From sequence record PQ356295.1: DNA of 64,000 nt; one strand, 5' to 3'. The DNA is from Escherichia phage KKE7M. Each line of letters begins with the position of its first letter. Position 1 is the first letter of the stretch. The translations under genes and the position numbers were made by a program. Under the pieces are notes generated by a model. It ran no database searches and was not told the origin of the DNA. It saw only the letters and a list, made by a program, of their open reading frames with translations. Positions 18,518 to 26,771 of the stretch are shown here, piece by piece.

Positions 18518-19101
18518 TACACATCCTCCATTTGGAACATCTCTTTGTGGTTAGAATAGATCTGTTTGAAAATCTTGTCAAGGCGTTCATATGATTCTTT
18601 ATGCTCTTGTTTCCATCCGTGATTTCGGATTTTATCTGCCAGGTCATAAACCTCGCATAAAACTTTGGCAAAGTTGGTATTATTTATAGCACAAGCCTCA
18701 AAACCTTGAACTAAACCCTCTACATCGTACCACGTATAGTCAGAGTCACTAGGAGGCTTTCCTGCATCGGCTAAACGTTGCCTTACCCATTCAATACGTT
18801 TTTCATTCAAATGGCACTTACCTTCTCTGCACTCTTGTTCTAATTCTTCTTTAGATTCATTGAATGGGTGAAGGACAGGAAGTTCTGCTTTTTGCAATTG
18901 CTCCAGGTATTCACCTACAATGCGCATAGCTTCACTGTGTGTACACTTTCTGCCTGTGTGCCAGTAACGGAAGATACTTTCTGTTAAACAGATGTTTTTA
19001 CTAAACATCGCATTGTCTTTAACATTCGATCTAGTAACCCAGTCTATATAATATACATAAAACTGCAATAATTCATAACTGCTTGGTATAATTTTACTCA
19101 T
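18517..19101 (-). CDS. hypothetical protein (194 aa), paralog family A
   Basis: AAGGAGAAG RBS; shares LLQFY ... LHPFN ... motif set with 19725..20093 and 22021..22386. Confidence 0.65.
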   Translation of the reverse strand: MSKIIPSSYELLQFYVYYIDWVTRSNVKDNAMFSKNICLTESIFRYWHTGRKCTHSEAMRIVGEYLEQLQKAELPVLHPFNESKEELEQECREGKCHLNEKRIEWVRQRLADAGKPPSDSDYTWYDVEGLVQGFEACAINNTNFAKVLCEVYDLADKIRNHGWKQEHKESYERLDKIFKQIYSNHKEMFQMEDV

Positions 19102-19110
19102 GACTTCTCC

Positions 19111-19278
19111 TTAGTTGTGCAAAATGTTATCGATCAGTATGACTAGTAGTACGAGGATAGAAGGGAGCAGGAATAGAAATCTTAACATTATGTGATGCGT
19201 GTGAGAAGCGGCTTTAGCTCCAGCCGCCAATAAGCCTACTAGTCCTACAATAAAGAGGAGTTGTTCAGGGACACCCAT
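19111..19278 (-). CDS. small membrane protein, about 55 aa
   Basis: ATG adjacent to upstream stop; hydrophobic; not in ORF track; coordinates approximate. Confidence 0.35.
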   Translation of the reverse strand: MGVPEQLLFIVGLVGLLAAGAKAASHTHHIMLRFLFLLPSILVLLVILIDNILHN

Positions 19279-19279
19279 A

Positions 19280-19504
19280 TTATGGAACACTTGGATACTC
19301 CGTAAGTTTAGCTAACAGTTGAATATGTGGACACGTAAATTGTTGTCCTGGATAGCGTGAGCTAATATCCTCCAGTAAAGCGATCACAGCATTGTGCAAT
19401 GCTTCGTAATCTTCATAATACACCATTTCTCCATTAGGATCTTCAACAATATCGCAGTGACAAGCGTGAGCAGTACACGCATCCCATTCCAGACGTTTTA
19501 CCAT
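19280..19504 (-). CDS. hypothetical Cys/His-containing protein (74 aa)
   Basis: AAGGAGGA RBS upstream. Confidence 0.55.
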   Translation of the reverse strand: MVKRLEWDACTAHACHCDIVEDPNGEMVYYEDYEALHNAVIALLEDISSRYPGQQFTCPHIQLLAKLTEYPSVP

Positions 19505-19513
19505 AAATCCTCC

Positions 19514-19732
19514 TTACTTATACATTTGATATGATACATAACGATTGCAATCAAGTGCGAGAAACTTTTCAGCATCCCTTTGATGCTTGAACACAATACA
19601 CTGTTCTTTTTTAGCTTCACTTTCACGAGCTTCTCTTGCCATATAATCACCTAAACGAACGATATTAGAGAACAATACGTATGCAAGAATAAGACAAACA
19701 GTAATTGCACAGAAAATTTTAAACTTAACCAT
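19514..19732 (-). CDS. small membrane-anchored protein (about 72 aa), paralog family B
   Basis: Start trimmed to ATG with GGAGGGATACA RBS; TM helix plus C...FKH..AE.FL...C..Y motif shared with 14795..15019. Confidence 0.5.
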   Translation of the reverse strand: MVKFKIFCAITVCLILAYVLFSNIVRLGDYMAREARESEAKKEQCIVFKHQRDAEKFLALDCNRYVSYQMYK

Positions 19733-20093
19733 TGTATCCCTCCATATCACGAATACGATCAATCACCCATTGTACACGTTCTTTGTTAAGGTGTGCAGTG
19801 CCTAGCTCTGTTTCCGTAAAGTAATGTGAGAAATCTGTATTAAATGGATGTAAATGGTTCAAACCCGCTTTCTTAAACTGTTCCTTCATTTCCTCTCGTA
19901 CAGAGGATTGGAGTTTTGATACATTTTCAACATCTTTTATCCAAGCGATGTTATATAAGAAGTCTACAAGACACGTGCAAAGACCATAGTGCTTTTTGCT
20001 AAAGTTTGTATCTTCTTGTTCCAACCACCACTCATAAAATTGTAGCAAATAGGGGCTGCTTTTCATGTTACACACTTTATTATTCTCTTGCAT
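19725..20093 (-). CDS. hypothetical protein (122 aa), paralog family A
   Basis: AAGGAGAAG RBS; LLQFYEWW ... GLCTCL ... LHPFN ... QWVIDRI motifs. Confidence 0.6.
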   Translation of the reverse strand: MQENNKVCNMKSSPYLLQFYEWWLEQEDTNFSKKHYGLCTCLVDFLYNIAWIKDVENVSKLQSSVREEMKEQFKKAGLNHLHPFNTDFSHYFTETELGTAHLNKERVQWVIDRIRDMEGYNG

Positions 20094-20102
20094 GGCTTCT
20101 CC

Positions 20103-20402
20103 TTAATGCCAGTCTACGATCACTGAATCTACAAAACCCTCTTTGGTGTTTAAAGCATACACCTTACTAAGTCCACGCTCTCGTAGTGCTTCCATAGCAA
20201 GATCAATCAAATCAACTTGGCGTTTCCTTGCTTGTTCATTTGTCGGGTAGTCATCCAAACCGAAAACAGATGGTTTAAATGCTTTGGAGTATTTACCAGT
20301 CTTAGCCTGATCATAACAGTCCTGAATGACTTCATCAATAGGAAACCACAAGCCTTCTCCACTTTGTTTTGCAATACAACGCAGTTTTTCTGTAACAGTC
20401 AT
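20103..20402 (-). CDS. hypothetical protein (99 aa)
   Basis: AAAGGAGAGGAAG RBS. Confidence 0.6.
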   Translation of the reverse strand: MTVTEKLRCIAKQSGEGLWFPIDEVIQDCYDQAKTGKYSKAFKPSVFGLDDYPTNEQARKRQVDLIDLAMEALRERGLSKVYALNTKEGFVDSVIVDWH

Positions 20403-20611
20403 TCTTCCTCTCCTTTCAATTTACACTCAAAGATACCATTCTTAATGTTATCTGTCAAATAAAGGCTATCTTCTATCTCTTCTTTTGTATACACATAAGC
20501 CTCCTTTTCCACGTCAGTCAGACCTTGCATCGGAGCTAGTAGCCACCAGCCCCGCCAGTCAAACATAGGAGACTTATCAGATACACGAAGAATGTATCTG
20601 TCATTACACAT
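20399..20611 (-). CDS. hypothetical protein (about 70 aa)
   Basis: ATG close to upstream stop; weak RBS. Confidence 0.45.
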   Translation of the reverse strand: MCNDRYILRVSDKSPMFDWRGWWLLAPMQGLTDVEKEAYVYTKEEIEDSLYLTDNIKNGIFECKLKGEEE

Positions 20612-20612
20612 A

Positions 20613-21065
20613 TTATACAATGTTCACATGAACATCTGCAACACCAATAAGAGAATAGACTTCAACTACACTCTGTGTACGATCCAGCTTGTAACGTTTT
20701 GCCTCTTTTTCAACTTCCTCACGGTAGATGGTTTCCACGATTGGAACTCCATCCACTACAAGCAGGTATTTCTCTTCATGCTTACTTTTTGGTGCTTCTT
20801 CTAATACCTCTACAAAGTATTCAAACTCACTCTCTACAAGCAATGTGTAACACTGAAGAAAATCTCCTTCATTTTGAGTGATAATTTCTTGCTCTCCTGC
20901 TAAGGATTGCAAAGAAGTGACACCATACCAGTCATCAATATCTAATACACGAAAATAGGAATCACCTAAGAAAGAAGCAATCCTGCTATTGAACTCAGAC
21001 ACATTAGCAAACTTACGGATATAAGATTCGTTCTTAAAACGATACACTTTACCAATTTCAAACAT
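20613..21065 (-). CDS. hypothetical protein (150 aa)
   Basis: AAGGAG RBS upstream. Confidence 0.6.
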   Translation of the reverse strand: MFEIGKVYRFKNESYIRKFANVSEFNSRIASFLGDSYFRVLDIDDWYGVTSLQSLAGEQEIITQNEGDFLQCYTLLVESEFEYFVEVLEEAPKSKHEEKYLLVVDGVPIVETIYREEVEKEAKRYKLDRTQSVVEVYSLIGVADVHVNIV

Positions 21066-21076
21066 TACACAACTCC

Positions 21077-21259
21077 TTATTGTTCAATAGTAAAAGGAAT
21101 GATTTCACCATAACTGTGTTGCATTTGCATGGCATCCACTTCTGCTTCTGCGCGTTGTGCTAGTTCTAATGTTGCACAGATCTTGTAAGGGACAGTGCTG
21201 CATTGGTTCCAGTCTAGGGTATTCTTTGTTACTAAGTACACAGTAGTTTGTTTATCCAT
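21077..21259 (-). CDS. hypothetical protein (60 aa)
   Basis: AGAGAGGAAAAG RBS. Confidence 0.5.
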   Translation of the reverse strand: MDKQTTVYLVTKNTLDWNQCSTVPYKICATLELAQRAEAEVDAMQMQHSYGEIIPFTIEQ

Positions 21260-21274
21260 CTTCTTTTCCTCTCT

Positions 21275-21490
21275 TTAAACAGTATATTCGTGTGGAAGGA
21301 AAACATAGTCTTCTCCTTCAACAACATCAACTACTTCCCAATTCCAGCCAGGTACTTGGCTCATTGTCTTGAATGACACATAAGCAACTCCGCTGTAAGC
21401 TATATCGGCATCCAATATAAGAGGGAAAGCAACGTGTGTCAACCCCAGATAGCCACAATTATTCTCGATACACACCCTAATGCTTTTCAT
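21275..21490 (-). CDS. hypothetical protein (about 71 aa)
   Basis: Start trimmed to ATG with GGAGCATAAC RBS, 1 nt after upstream stop. Confidence 0.5.
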   Translation of the reverse strand: MKSIRVCIENNCGYLGLTHVAFPLILDADIAYSGVAYVSFKTMSQVPGWNWEVVDVVEGEDYVFLPHEYTV

Positions 21491-21491
21491 G

Positions 21492-21950
21492 TTATGCTCC
21501 ATTAAAGACGGGGCGTGTAGCGTTACGTTCATCATTCACTGTAATAAGGTTTTTCATAACCATAACACCCTGAATATAGCCTAGCCAACGATGGCGTTTG
21601 GTTTCAGACATACCATTACACCCATCCTGAATTTCATTCAACATCCACAGCAAGTGGGAAGCACCTGTTTCACTAGTATCTGGATCTTCTACAGAACTAA
21701 GAATCGTTTCATAGCGTTCACAAATTTCTGGGTAGAATTCATAATCCTGTAGTACATCTCGCATTTCTTGAATGAAGTGACGAGCAATAGGTTTTCCACG
21801 AAAATATTCATTGAGGAAATCAATAACACACATCTCACTGCCTGTCACCACGGAAGGCTTTCCTATGTTAAATTGAACACTCACACCGCATTCTTTTACA
21901 AGATTATGTACACGCTCCGTGTTAGCAAGATACAAAGATACAGTTTTCAT
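21492..21950 (-). CDS. hypothetical protein (152 aa)
   Basis: GAGAGGTG RBS upstream. Confidence 0.6.
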   Translation of the reverse strand: MKTVSLYLANTERVHNLVKECGVSVQFNIGKPSVVTGSEMCVIDFLNEYFRGKPIARHFIQEMRDVLQDYEFYPEICERYETILSSVEDPDTSETGASHLLWMLNEIQDGCNGMSETKRHRWLGYIQGVMVMKNLITVNDERNATRPVFNGA

Positions 21951-22020
21951 TTACACCTCTCATTAGTAGTTTGTTATGCGCGATATTGTATATCTTATGG
22001 AACACAGTGTACAGACATTT

Positions 22021-22386
22021 CTATTCAATGCAAGCATTATTTGCATCTTCGATTCTGTCTTTCACCCACTGCAATCTCTTTGGGTTGGTATGGCAAGAAT
22101 GTGTCTTACCTTCATCTTCATAACACAGAAGATCATAATTAAAGGGTAGGAAGGAGGATAGCCCAGCACACGTGAATTGCAGTTTCATCTCTTCCAGTGT
22201 TTTACTACGAACCATCTTGAAATATTCTATATCTTCTTCCGTAGGTTTTTTCTTTGACATAGTGGTTGCCAGGTAATCCATAAGGCAATTACACAAACCA
22301 ACATTCTCACGATGCATTGAGGAATGATCTTCCATCCATGCTTTGTAAAATTCTAACAGCAGAGGACTGCTAAGAGGAACACACAT
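22021..22386 (-). CDS. hypothetical protein (about 121 aa), paralog family A
   Basis: Start trimmed to ATG with AAAGGAGTC RBS; LLLEFY ... GLCNCL ... LPFN ... LQWVKDRI motifs. Confidence 0.55.
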   Translation of the reverse strand: MCVPLSSPLLLEFYKAWMEDHSSMHRENVGLCNCLMDYLATTMSKKKPTEEDIEYFKMVRSKTLEEMKLQFTCAGLSSFLPFNYDLLCYEDEGKTHSCHTNPKRLQWVKDRIEDANNACIE

Positions 22387-22747
22387 ATCAGACTCCTTTA
22401 TAAATTTACGTTTCATGCTACACATCATACAGCGTCTTTTCATCTATTACAAGAACAGCAACCTAGAAACATCATTAATAGAGGAATTAGTATAGGATTT
22501 CCCTATCAATTATTCTATATATACCTAATATTTTTAACACACCCCTTTGTACATAATATAGACAAATAAATATCTATGCCACAAAAATTTTCCGGTATAC
22601 CCGATTTATTTCGACACACCCCCTTTTCATAAGCGTAAAGCCAATAATATCAATAACTTGCCGCAAAATACTGCTCGCTTGCGAGAGGTGCTTAACGCGA
22701 TTTTTAGCGCCCCCGATTTCTGCCGACCGTCCCCCTCAAATATCAAT

Positions 22748-22776
22748 GAGAATTATTATCATTTGCATTATCATTC
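22748..22776. promoter_or_regulatory. Fur-box-like AT-rich palindrome
   Basis: GAGAATTATTATCATTTGCATTATCATTC resembles GATAATGATAATCATTATC. Confidence 0.3.
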
Positions 22777-22942
22777 AATGACTTATAAGACTTTTGATTA
22801 TTTTCTGAGCAAGAAAGGCACTACTCACAACAAAACAGATAAATTATAAGTAAATCAATGACTTGGCAAGTCTAAACATCTATATACACCTTGCCAAATG
22901 AAATGATCCTGCGTGAAATAGTGCTACCCGTGGAAGATAGCT

Positions 22943-22963
22943 GATAATGATTATCATTTGCAT
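22943..22963. promoter_or_regulatory. Fur-box-like AT-rich palindrome
   Basis: GATAATGATTATCATTTGCAT. Confidence 0.3.
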
Positions 22964-23272
22964 ATTTTCTATACTATAAAACTACCTAAAAATCAAGATA
23001 ATTCTGATTTATTGCGCTTTTAAGAGAATAGGCTCAACAAATAGGCTATAACTATGCTCAACAAATGATAGGTTATATGGGGCAATAGTATGAAAAACCA
23101 TCTATTCAGATATAAATAATTTTGCGCAATAATGGTGATATTTTTCTTGACAAGAAAGATTTCTTTGTGTTCACATAGCGTCCCCTGGAAGGTGGCGCAT
23201 TATGATCATCAATGTCATTGTTCACGATGTTTATTATTGAATAGCTTATTATATGTAGCTTATATTATAGCC

Positions 23273-23456
23273 AATGTTCCAAACATTAGCTAATAATAAC
23301 GCACCGCAACAATGTAAGGGATACAATATACCATGTATATTGTTGCGCTTGCAATTGTTGCAAGCTACATAAGCACAAATAATAACTATCGGTGATGGTT
23401 ATTATGTGGGGTGTGTAGTTGCGTTATTATTAGCCGCCTATGTGTCCGGCATAGGC
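23273..23456. other. nested inverted-repeat (multi-hairpin) structure in gene-free region
   Basis: 15-bp perfect inverted repeat GCTAATAATAACGCA / TGCGTTATTATTAGC encloses three internal hairpins; a fourth GCCTATG / CATAGGC hairpin follows. Confidence 0.5.
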
Positions 23457-23499
23457 TGCTAATGATACGCTTGCTAATTATATTTCTTGTTATAATTAT

Positions 23500-23826
23500 T
23501 GTATGAAATGATTACGGTATGAAATGATTATTTAGGTAATAGATAGTAAGGTAAAGATTAGATCATAAATAGATAGGATATTAATTATTTAGTAATGTTA
23601 CTAACAATTTAATAGTTACTTTGTGCAACAATTCGATAGATTATAGTTATAGTTTTAAAGGTTAGATAGATTATATTTAGCTTGGTAATGATTTATATTA
23701 GTTATTGTTGTTTAATATAAGGTTATCAATGAGATAGTAACAGTAAGTTATAAATAAAGGTGAAATAATTAGCTTTAATTTAGTTAGATAACTTATTATT
23801 TTATAGGTTAGATGGTCATAAGTTAA
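23500..23826. repeat. AT-rich iteron-like short repeats
   Basis: Dense reiteration of TAGATAG / GGTTAGAT / GATTATA words in about 330 bp without ORFs. Confidence 0.35.
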
Positions 23827-23899
23827 GAATGATTATCATTATTGCATTATGCAGTTTATTGCATAAATAATCAGCTATAAATGAGAATGATTATTATTT
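23827..23899. promoter_or_regulatory. pair of Fur-box-like palindromes
   Basis: GAATGATTATCATTATTGCATTATGC and GAGAATGATTATTATTT. Confidence 0.3.
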
Positions 23900-24104
23900 A
23901 AGAGGAAAGACAAGAAAAAGGCTGTTTTTGCCAGATAGTTACATGGAGAAATTAAAAATAAGCGGTCTAAAACACGTTGTAAGCGCCTTATGATCTTCAT
24001 GGTATGGTTGTTCATCTGCTCCTTGATTAGCTCGATACCGCGATCTATTCACTTTTTTCGGTGAACGTTTTTGATAGGTAAAAGCTATCATCTTTATTTA
24101 GGTA

Positions 24105-24130
24105 AAAAGAAAGGGCGCTTTGTGCGCCCT
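24105..24130 (-). terminator. rho-independent terminator (minus strand)
   Basis: GGGCGC-ACAAA-GCGCCC hairpin followed by TTTCTTTTT on minus strand after gene stop. Confidence 0.6.
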
Positions 24131-24145
24131 GGTGTGAAATGTTAT

Positions 24146-24529
24146 TTACTGATAAGCTGGATCGTTTGTTATATCAATCCAATGAGCTAAATTAATTTTA
24201 TTTTTTGCTTTCATTTTCTCGATCAAACGTTCGGCTAATGTCTCGGAACGAATATAAACATGCTCGCTAAAATCTTGCCCCGTTTCCTCGTCGATCATCT
24301 CGCGATATTCAATTTTCCCGATAAACGCATGATTCAGCGCATAAGTTTTACCCGTGTACCAGTTGTGCAAATGAATCTCACATTTATAATCATCGCTATA
24401 ACCTTCGGTTGTTCTAACTTCAACCAGATCGCCTTTAAACACTGATAAGCACCACATAGGATCACGATCTACAGCGCCGTTAAAGTCTTTACCGTTTACA
24501 GTAGCCGCCAGGTTGATGATATTGCTCAT
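24146..24529 (-). CDS. hypothetical protein (about 127 aa)
   Basis: Start trimmed to ATG with CGAGGAAT RBS downstream of a sigma70-like promoter. Confidence 0.6.
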   Translation of the reverse strand: MSNIINLAATVNGKDFNGAVDRDPMWCLSVFKGDLVEVRTTEGYSDDYKCEIHLHNWYTGKTYALNHAFIGKIEYREMIDEETGQDFSEHVYIRSETLAERLIEKMKAKNKINLAHWIDITNDPAYQ

Positions 24530-24575
24530 GGTGATTCCTCGTTTACCGTTTAAAATGATTTGCCCTACGTGATAA

Positions 24576-24604
24576 ATAATAATGTAAGCGCGATCCGGTG
24601 TCAA
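24576..24604 (-). promoter_or_regulatory. sigma70-like promoter (TTGACA-17-TATTAT), minus strand
   Basis: Consensus -35 and good -10 about 45 nt upstream of start codon. Confidence 0.5.
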
Positions 24605-24616
24605 TAAGAAAGTTAA

Positions 24617-24853
24617 TTATTTTGCATAATCAATAACAGCGCAGATTTTATCATTTACATCTTGTAAATCAAAAGCATAGGCGATCTTACCTTGCAATTT
24701 CCCACGGGTGAAACAGATACGATAAACGCCGTTTTTACTATCCTCTTCTGATTTTAGTATTTTTGCAACCGTTGCAATTAACAGATCATCAGAGTAAGCG
24801 ATAAAGCCACCACGTAAAATAGGTGATTTTTTGAGGATCATGACTTCTTTCAT
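24617..24853 (-). CDS. hypothetical protein (78 aa)
   Basis: AGGAAAAAG RBS upstream. Confidence 0.55.
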   Translation of the reverse strand: MKEVMILKKSPILRGGFIAYSDDLLIATVAKILKSEEDSKNGVYRICFTRGKLQGKIAYAFDLQDVNDKICAVIDYAK

Positions 24854-24901
24854 TTTCTTTTTCCTGTTTTCGTTTTGGGTATGTTCTACCCTCTAAAAAC
24901 A

Positions 24902-24930
24902 ATATTAAACTGCTATGATTTATCGGTCAA
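24902..24930 (-). promoter_or_regulatory. sigma70-like promoter (TTGACC-17-TAATAT), minus strand
   Basis: -35/-10 pair about 50 nt upstream of 24853 start. Confidence 0.45.
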
Positions 24931-25275
24931 TAGATGAGATTGTAAAGATTTGATAGTTTATTCCTTTGATGTTTTGTTGTTTGATAGTTATTAGCTATCA
25001 ATATATAGCGGGATCTTCCGGTGATTATCTTCCCCTGTCCCCAGGTGCCGCCCGTTCCATAATAATAATCAAAAGCAGGGTAAAAGGCAAGATAAAAAGC
25101 AAATTATTTCCTATGTGCTTTAAACGCTCTAAACAGCTTTATAACAGCTTTTTCATCCTGGTAAGGGGATTAATCATCCCTACCTTGTTTAAGCGGTTAC
25201 AGTCGGTTTTAGATGGTTTTACGCCACCTTTACGCCTATTCTTTACGTGTTGTTTCCATCGTGAAAAAAGAATAC

Positions 25276-25308
25276 AAAAAAGGGCGCTTAGTGCGCCCCT
25301 TTCTTTTA
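25276..25308. terminator. bidirectional rho-independent terminator
   Basis: GGGCGC-TTAGT-GCGCCC hairpin flanked by A-run and T-run. Confidence 0.6.
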
Positions 25309-25315
25309 CCGTGTA

Positions 25316-25705
25316 TTAATATTCGTTATAATACATCGCTAATTTTTCATCAAAAGCCGATTGACGATCAGCATACTCCCAAAACATTTCCTGATCCTGT
25401 TGGTCATCTTCATCCATCATGTTAAACTGTGCTACTTCCTGGTAAGTGATCGCCATATTATAACGATAGGTGATCTCTTCTGCGATGTTTTCCGGTAAAG
25501 ATGATTCTACACTGTCTAACAGCATATTTAACATCATTTCAGCCGCTTTTTCATCATTATCAAAGCAGTAAGCAGACCATGCCGCATGATGCTTATTCTT
25601 CATCTTTGCAATCAAGCCATTGACTAAAAAAGGCGCTACGTTGTTAACGATACCCTGTAAAGATTGGAATTTTTCAACGTTAGAAACAGAAACCAGGTTG
25701 CGCAT
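25316..25705 (-). CDS. hypothetical protein (about 129 aa)
   Basis: Start trimmed to ATG downstream of promoter-hairpin cassette; AAAAAGG RBS. Confidence 0.6.
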   Translation of the reverse strand: MRNLVSVSNVEKFQSLQGIVNNVAPFLVNGLIAKMKNKHHAAWSAYCFDNDEKAAEMMLNMLLDSVESSLPENIAEEITYRYNMAITYQEVAQFNMMDEDDQQDQEMFWEYADRQSAFDEKLAMYYNEY

Positions 25706-25728
25706 AGTATTTACCTTTTTGATTACCT

Positions 25729-25787
25729 GGCGGGAAACCATTTCCCGCCTACGTGGTAAATAATACCATACTGGGGATCGGTGTCAA
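25729..25787 (-). promoter_or_regulatory. promoter + leader-hairpin cassette 1 (TTGACA-17-ATTATT then GGCGGGAAA-TGG-TTTCCCGCC)
   Basis: On minus strand: consensus -35, -10, then perfect 9-bp GC-rich hairpin, then RBS and ATG. Confidence 0.6.
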
Positions 25788-25793
25788 TACTTT

Positions 25794-26180
25794 TTATTCA
25801 ATATAAATCAAATTATCTTCACCAATGTAAGCATGCACCGATGGCATTAATTTAGCGGCATTTGTTAGGCGGTTCGCCGTGTTAGTGGTGTATATTTCAG
25901 GGCGATCCCAAAAGCCTACGCCGTGACCGTTACGGGTAAAATGTAAATCATTCCCGATCTGGTTTGCTGTAGCGCCGTCGCTCATTGCCTCAGAGATAGC
26001 TGCAACATTGGCATTACAAAAGGCGGTCACATCGCTGGTAATACGTTTCAGGGCGCTAGAAGAAAAATCATAATCGTCTAGATTCTCAATATATTCCCCA
26101 TTGTGATCCGTCGCTGGTTCGGCAAAAATAAAGGCTTCTTTATAGCCGTTGATCATTTCGTTAATGATTTCTGTTTTCAT
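25794..26180 (-). CDS. hypothetical protein (128 aa)
   Basis: ATGA overlap with upstream gene. Confidence 0.6.
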   Translation of the reverse strand: MKTEIINEMINGYKEAFIFAEPATDHNGEYIENLDDYDFSSSALKRITSDVTAFCNANVAAISEAMSDGATANQIGNDLHFTRNGHGVGFWDRPEIYTTNTANRLTNAAKLMPSVHAYIGEDNLIYIE

Positions 26181-26392
26181 GCTGTACGCTCAACAATAAT
26201 AATGGTTTGCGGGATCTCGTTTTCTACTACTATCAAGGCTTTTTTCTGCGTGATAGATATCTTTACCCGCTTCAGCGTGGCGGTAAAGTCTTTCATTTCG
26301 TCACGTGGTGTTTTAGTGCAATACCAGATCTCAGGTTTACCTATTTGCAAGCCGCGTAAAAATTCCGTTTTACCTGTCTTATTCGTGATCAT
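26177..26392 (-). CDS. hypothetical protein (about 71 aa)
   Basis: ATG with AAGGTGA RBS. Confidence 0.5.
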   Translation of the reverse strand: MITNKTGKTEFLRGLQIGKPEIWYCTKTPRDEMKDFTATLKRVKISITQKKALIVVENEIPQTIIIVERTA

Positions 26393-26402
26393 TTGTTTCA
26401 CC

Positions 26403-26507
26403 TTATCCAATACCGTGGGAAGATAGGATCATGTTAGCCATAGTTGCAATCACTCCAACCGATAACGCCAGGCCCACTATTACAACCGTGAAAATTTTCT
26501 CTAACAT
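26403..26507 (-). CDS. tiny hydrophobic peptide, about 34 aa
   Basis: GAGGGTAGC RBS directly downstream of cassette 2; one TM helix; not in ORF track. Confidence 0.35.
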   Translation of the reverse strand: MLEKIFTVVIVGLALSVGVIATMANMILSSHGIG

Positions 26508-26525
26508 GATGCTACCCTCATTAGT

Positions 26526-26587
26526 GGGCGTTGCCTTATTGCCCCGCCCTATGTGATACATATTATCAGCTTATTAGCCGTTGTCAA
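26526..26587 (-). promoter_or_regulatory. promoter + leader-hairpin cassette 2 (TTGACA-16-TAATAT, variant hairpin)
   Basis: Same architecture as cassette 1; hairpin variant GGGCGGGGCAA...GCAACGCCC. Confidence 0.55.
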
Positions 26588-26692
26588 TTACTTTTTTAAA
26601 CTTCTTTCAAAGAGAAGATCATCGATCTCAGAAACAATAAGCGTTATCAAAGGAATAATAACCGCCGCGCACATCATGGTAAGAATAATCAT
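26588..26692 (-). CDS. tiny hydrophobic peptide, about 34 aa
   Basis: ATG downstream of cassette 3; AGAGAGAA ribosome site; not in ORF track. Confidence 0.35.
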   Translation of the reverse strand: MIILTMMCAAVIIPLITLIVSEIDDLLFERSLKK

Positions 26693-26709
26693 TTTAGTTC
26701 TCTCTATTC

Positions 26710-26769
26710 TGGCGGGAAACCATTTCCCGCCCTACGTGGTACACTTTACCAGATAACCGCATATTGTCA
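26710..26769 (-). promoter_or_regulatory. promoter + leader-hairpin cassette 3 (TTGACA-16-TAAAGT + GGCGGGAAA-TGG-TTTCCCGCC)
   Basis: Identical hairpin to cassette 1. Confidence 0.6.
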
Positions 26770-26771
26770 AA

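Noticed and set aside
22658-22849. Listed 63-aa plus-strand ORF inside the 22.4-24.1 kb island
   Set aside because: No ribosome site, overlaps Fur-box-like palindromes, low-complexity translation; treated as non-coding.
22444-24145. tRNA genes in the gene-free islands
   Set aside because: No T-loop (GTTCRANYC) or D-loop signatures in cloverleaf register were found by eye; the nested inverted repeat at 23273..23456 is too long (about 150 nt) and too symmetric for a tRNA. A tRNAscan run would be decisive.
24966-25425. Listed plus-strand ORFs 24966..25319 and 25213..25425
   Set aside because: Run against the polarity of the whole block, lack ribosome sites, overlap the terminator and the 3-prime end of a well-supported minus-strand gene.
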